DNA of 64,000 bases from Eledone cirrhosa. Taxonomy: Eukaryota. The notes below the pieces were generated by a model that did not search any database, was not told where the DNA came from, and worked only from the letters and a program-made list of their open reading frames with translations. The stretch covers positions 26,102,001-26,166,000 of the forward strand of contig OZ024754.1 in assembly GCA_964016885.1 (NCBI GenBank), read 5' to 3'. This document shows, in pieces, positions 63,600-64,000 of this stretch (position 1 is its first letter; every line of letters begins with the position of its first letter). The position numbers and the translations under genes were made by a program.

Positions 63600-63700
63600 G
63601 ATTGGTCCTTTCTGAAACAAACCAACCAATACGACGCCGTTATACATCAGCTTGCTTATGACGTCATTAATCCTCATAAATCGCCATTTCGAAGCACGTT
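63600..63700. promoter_or_regulatory. UTP25 proximal promoter: two CCAAT boxes, CRE and YY1-like motif
   Basis: ATTGG 63601-63605, CCAAT 63626-63630, TGACGTCA 63659-63666, CGCCATTT 63682-63689; locally CpG-rich, 115-205 bp upstream of the ATG. Confidence 0.6.
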
Positions 63701-64000
63701 GAGGCTTCGACTGAACGTCATTTTGTGTTTCAAAATTTCATCACTTGTTTGTTTTATTCCTCTGAAAACTTCATAGAAATTAGGATCTTCAATTTCAATC
63801 TACAGCGGTAAGGTCTCCTTTCGTATTTATATTAAACAATATATATATTTGTTTAACACACTATAATTTTCCTGTCATCCCGCCGCCGCCAAAAATCTTT
63901 TAATGACGGCTATGATGCTGGCGGCGGCGGTAGTATTATTTTCTCTGAAAATTTCATAAATCTACAGCGATATGGTCTTCTTTCGTTTCTATTTATTAAA

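Overview
Eukaryotic, AT-rich genomic DNA. The tRNA-headed SINEs, RTE LINE relics and (AT)n/(CAT)n microsatellites suggest a cephalopod such as Octopus, which is an inference. The window is spanned by one minus-strand gene, UTP25/DIEXF (DEF, small-subunit processome factor). I reconstructed 18 coding exons from the ATG at 63485 down to 841 (2348 nt, in frame at every junction); the C-terminal exons lie beyond the left edge. Intron 15 (2784-3519) is a U12-type minor intron. Intron 3 (14819-56903, about 42 kb) is filled by a 39.3-kb satellite of about 870 45-bp monomers with kb-scale higher-order duplications. The monomer is the amplified 5' head (Pol III A-box region) of a SINE: the last unit runs on into the SINE B-box and body, and a dispersed relative lies at about 9345-9466. 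On the transcribed strand most monomers read TCCTTAAC-N4-CAG, a consensus U12 branch site plus acceptor, inside a gene that needs the minor spliceosome. Other features are TTAA-type MITEs (one carrying a Helitron, one a hAT-like MITE), RTE fragments, a long inverted duplication around a candidate cassette exon in intron 1, and a CCAAT/CRE/YY1 promoter that may be bidirectional. The many ORFs inside the satellite are artefacts of the 15-codon period.
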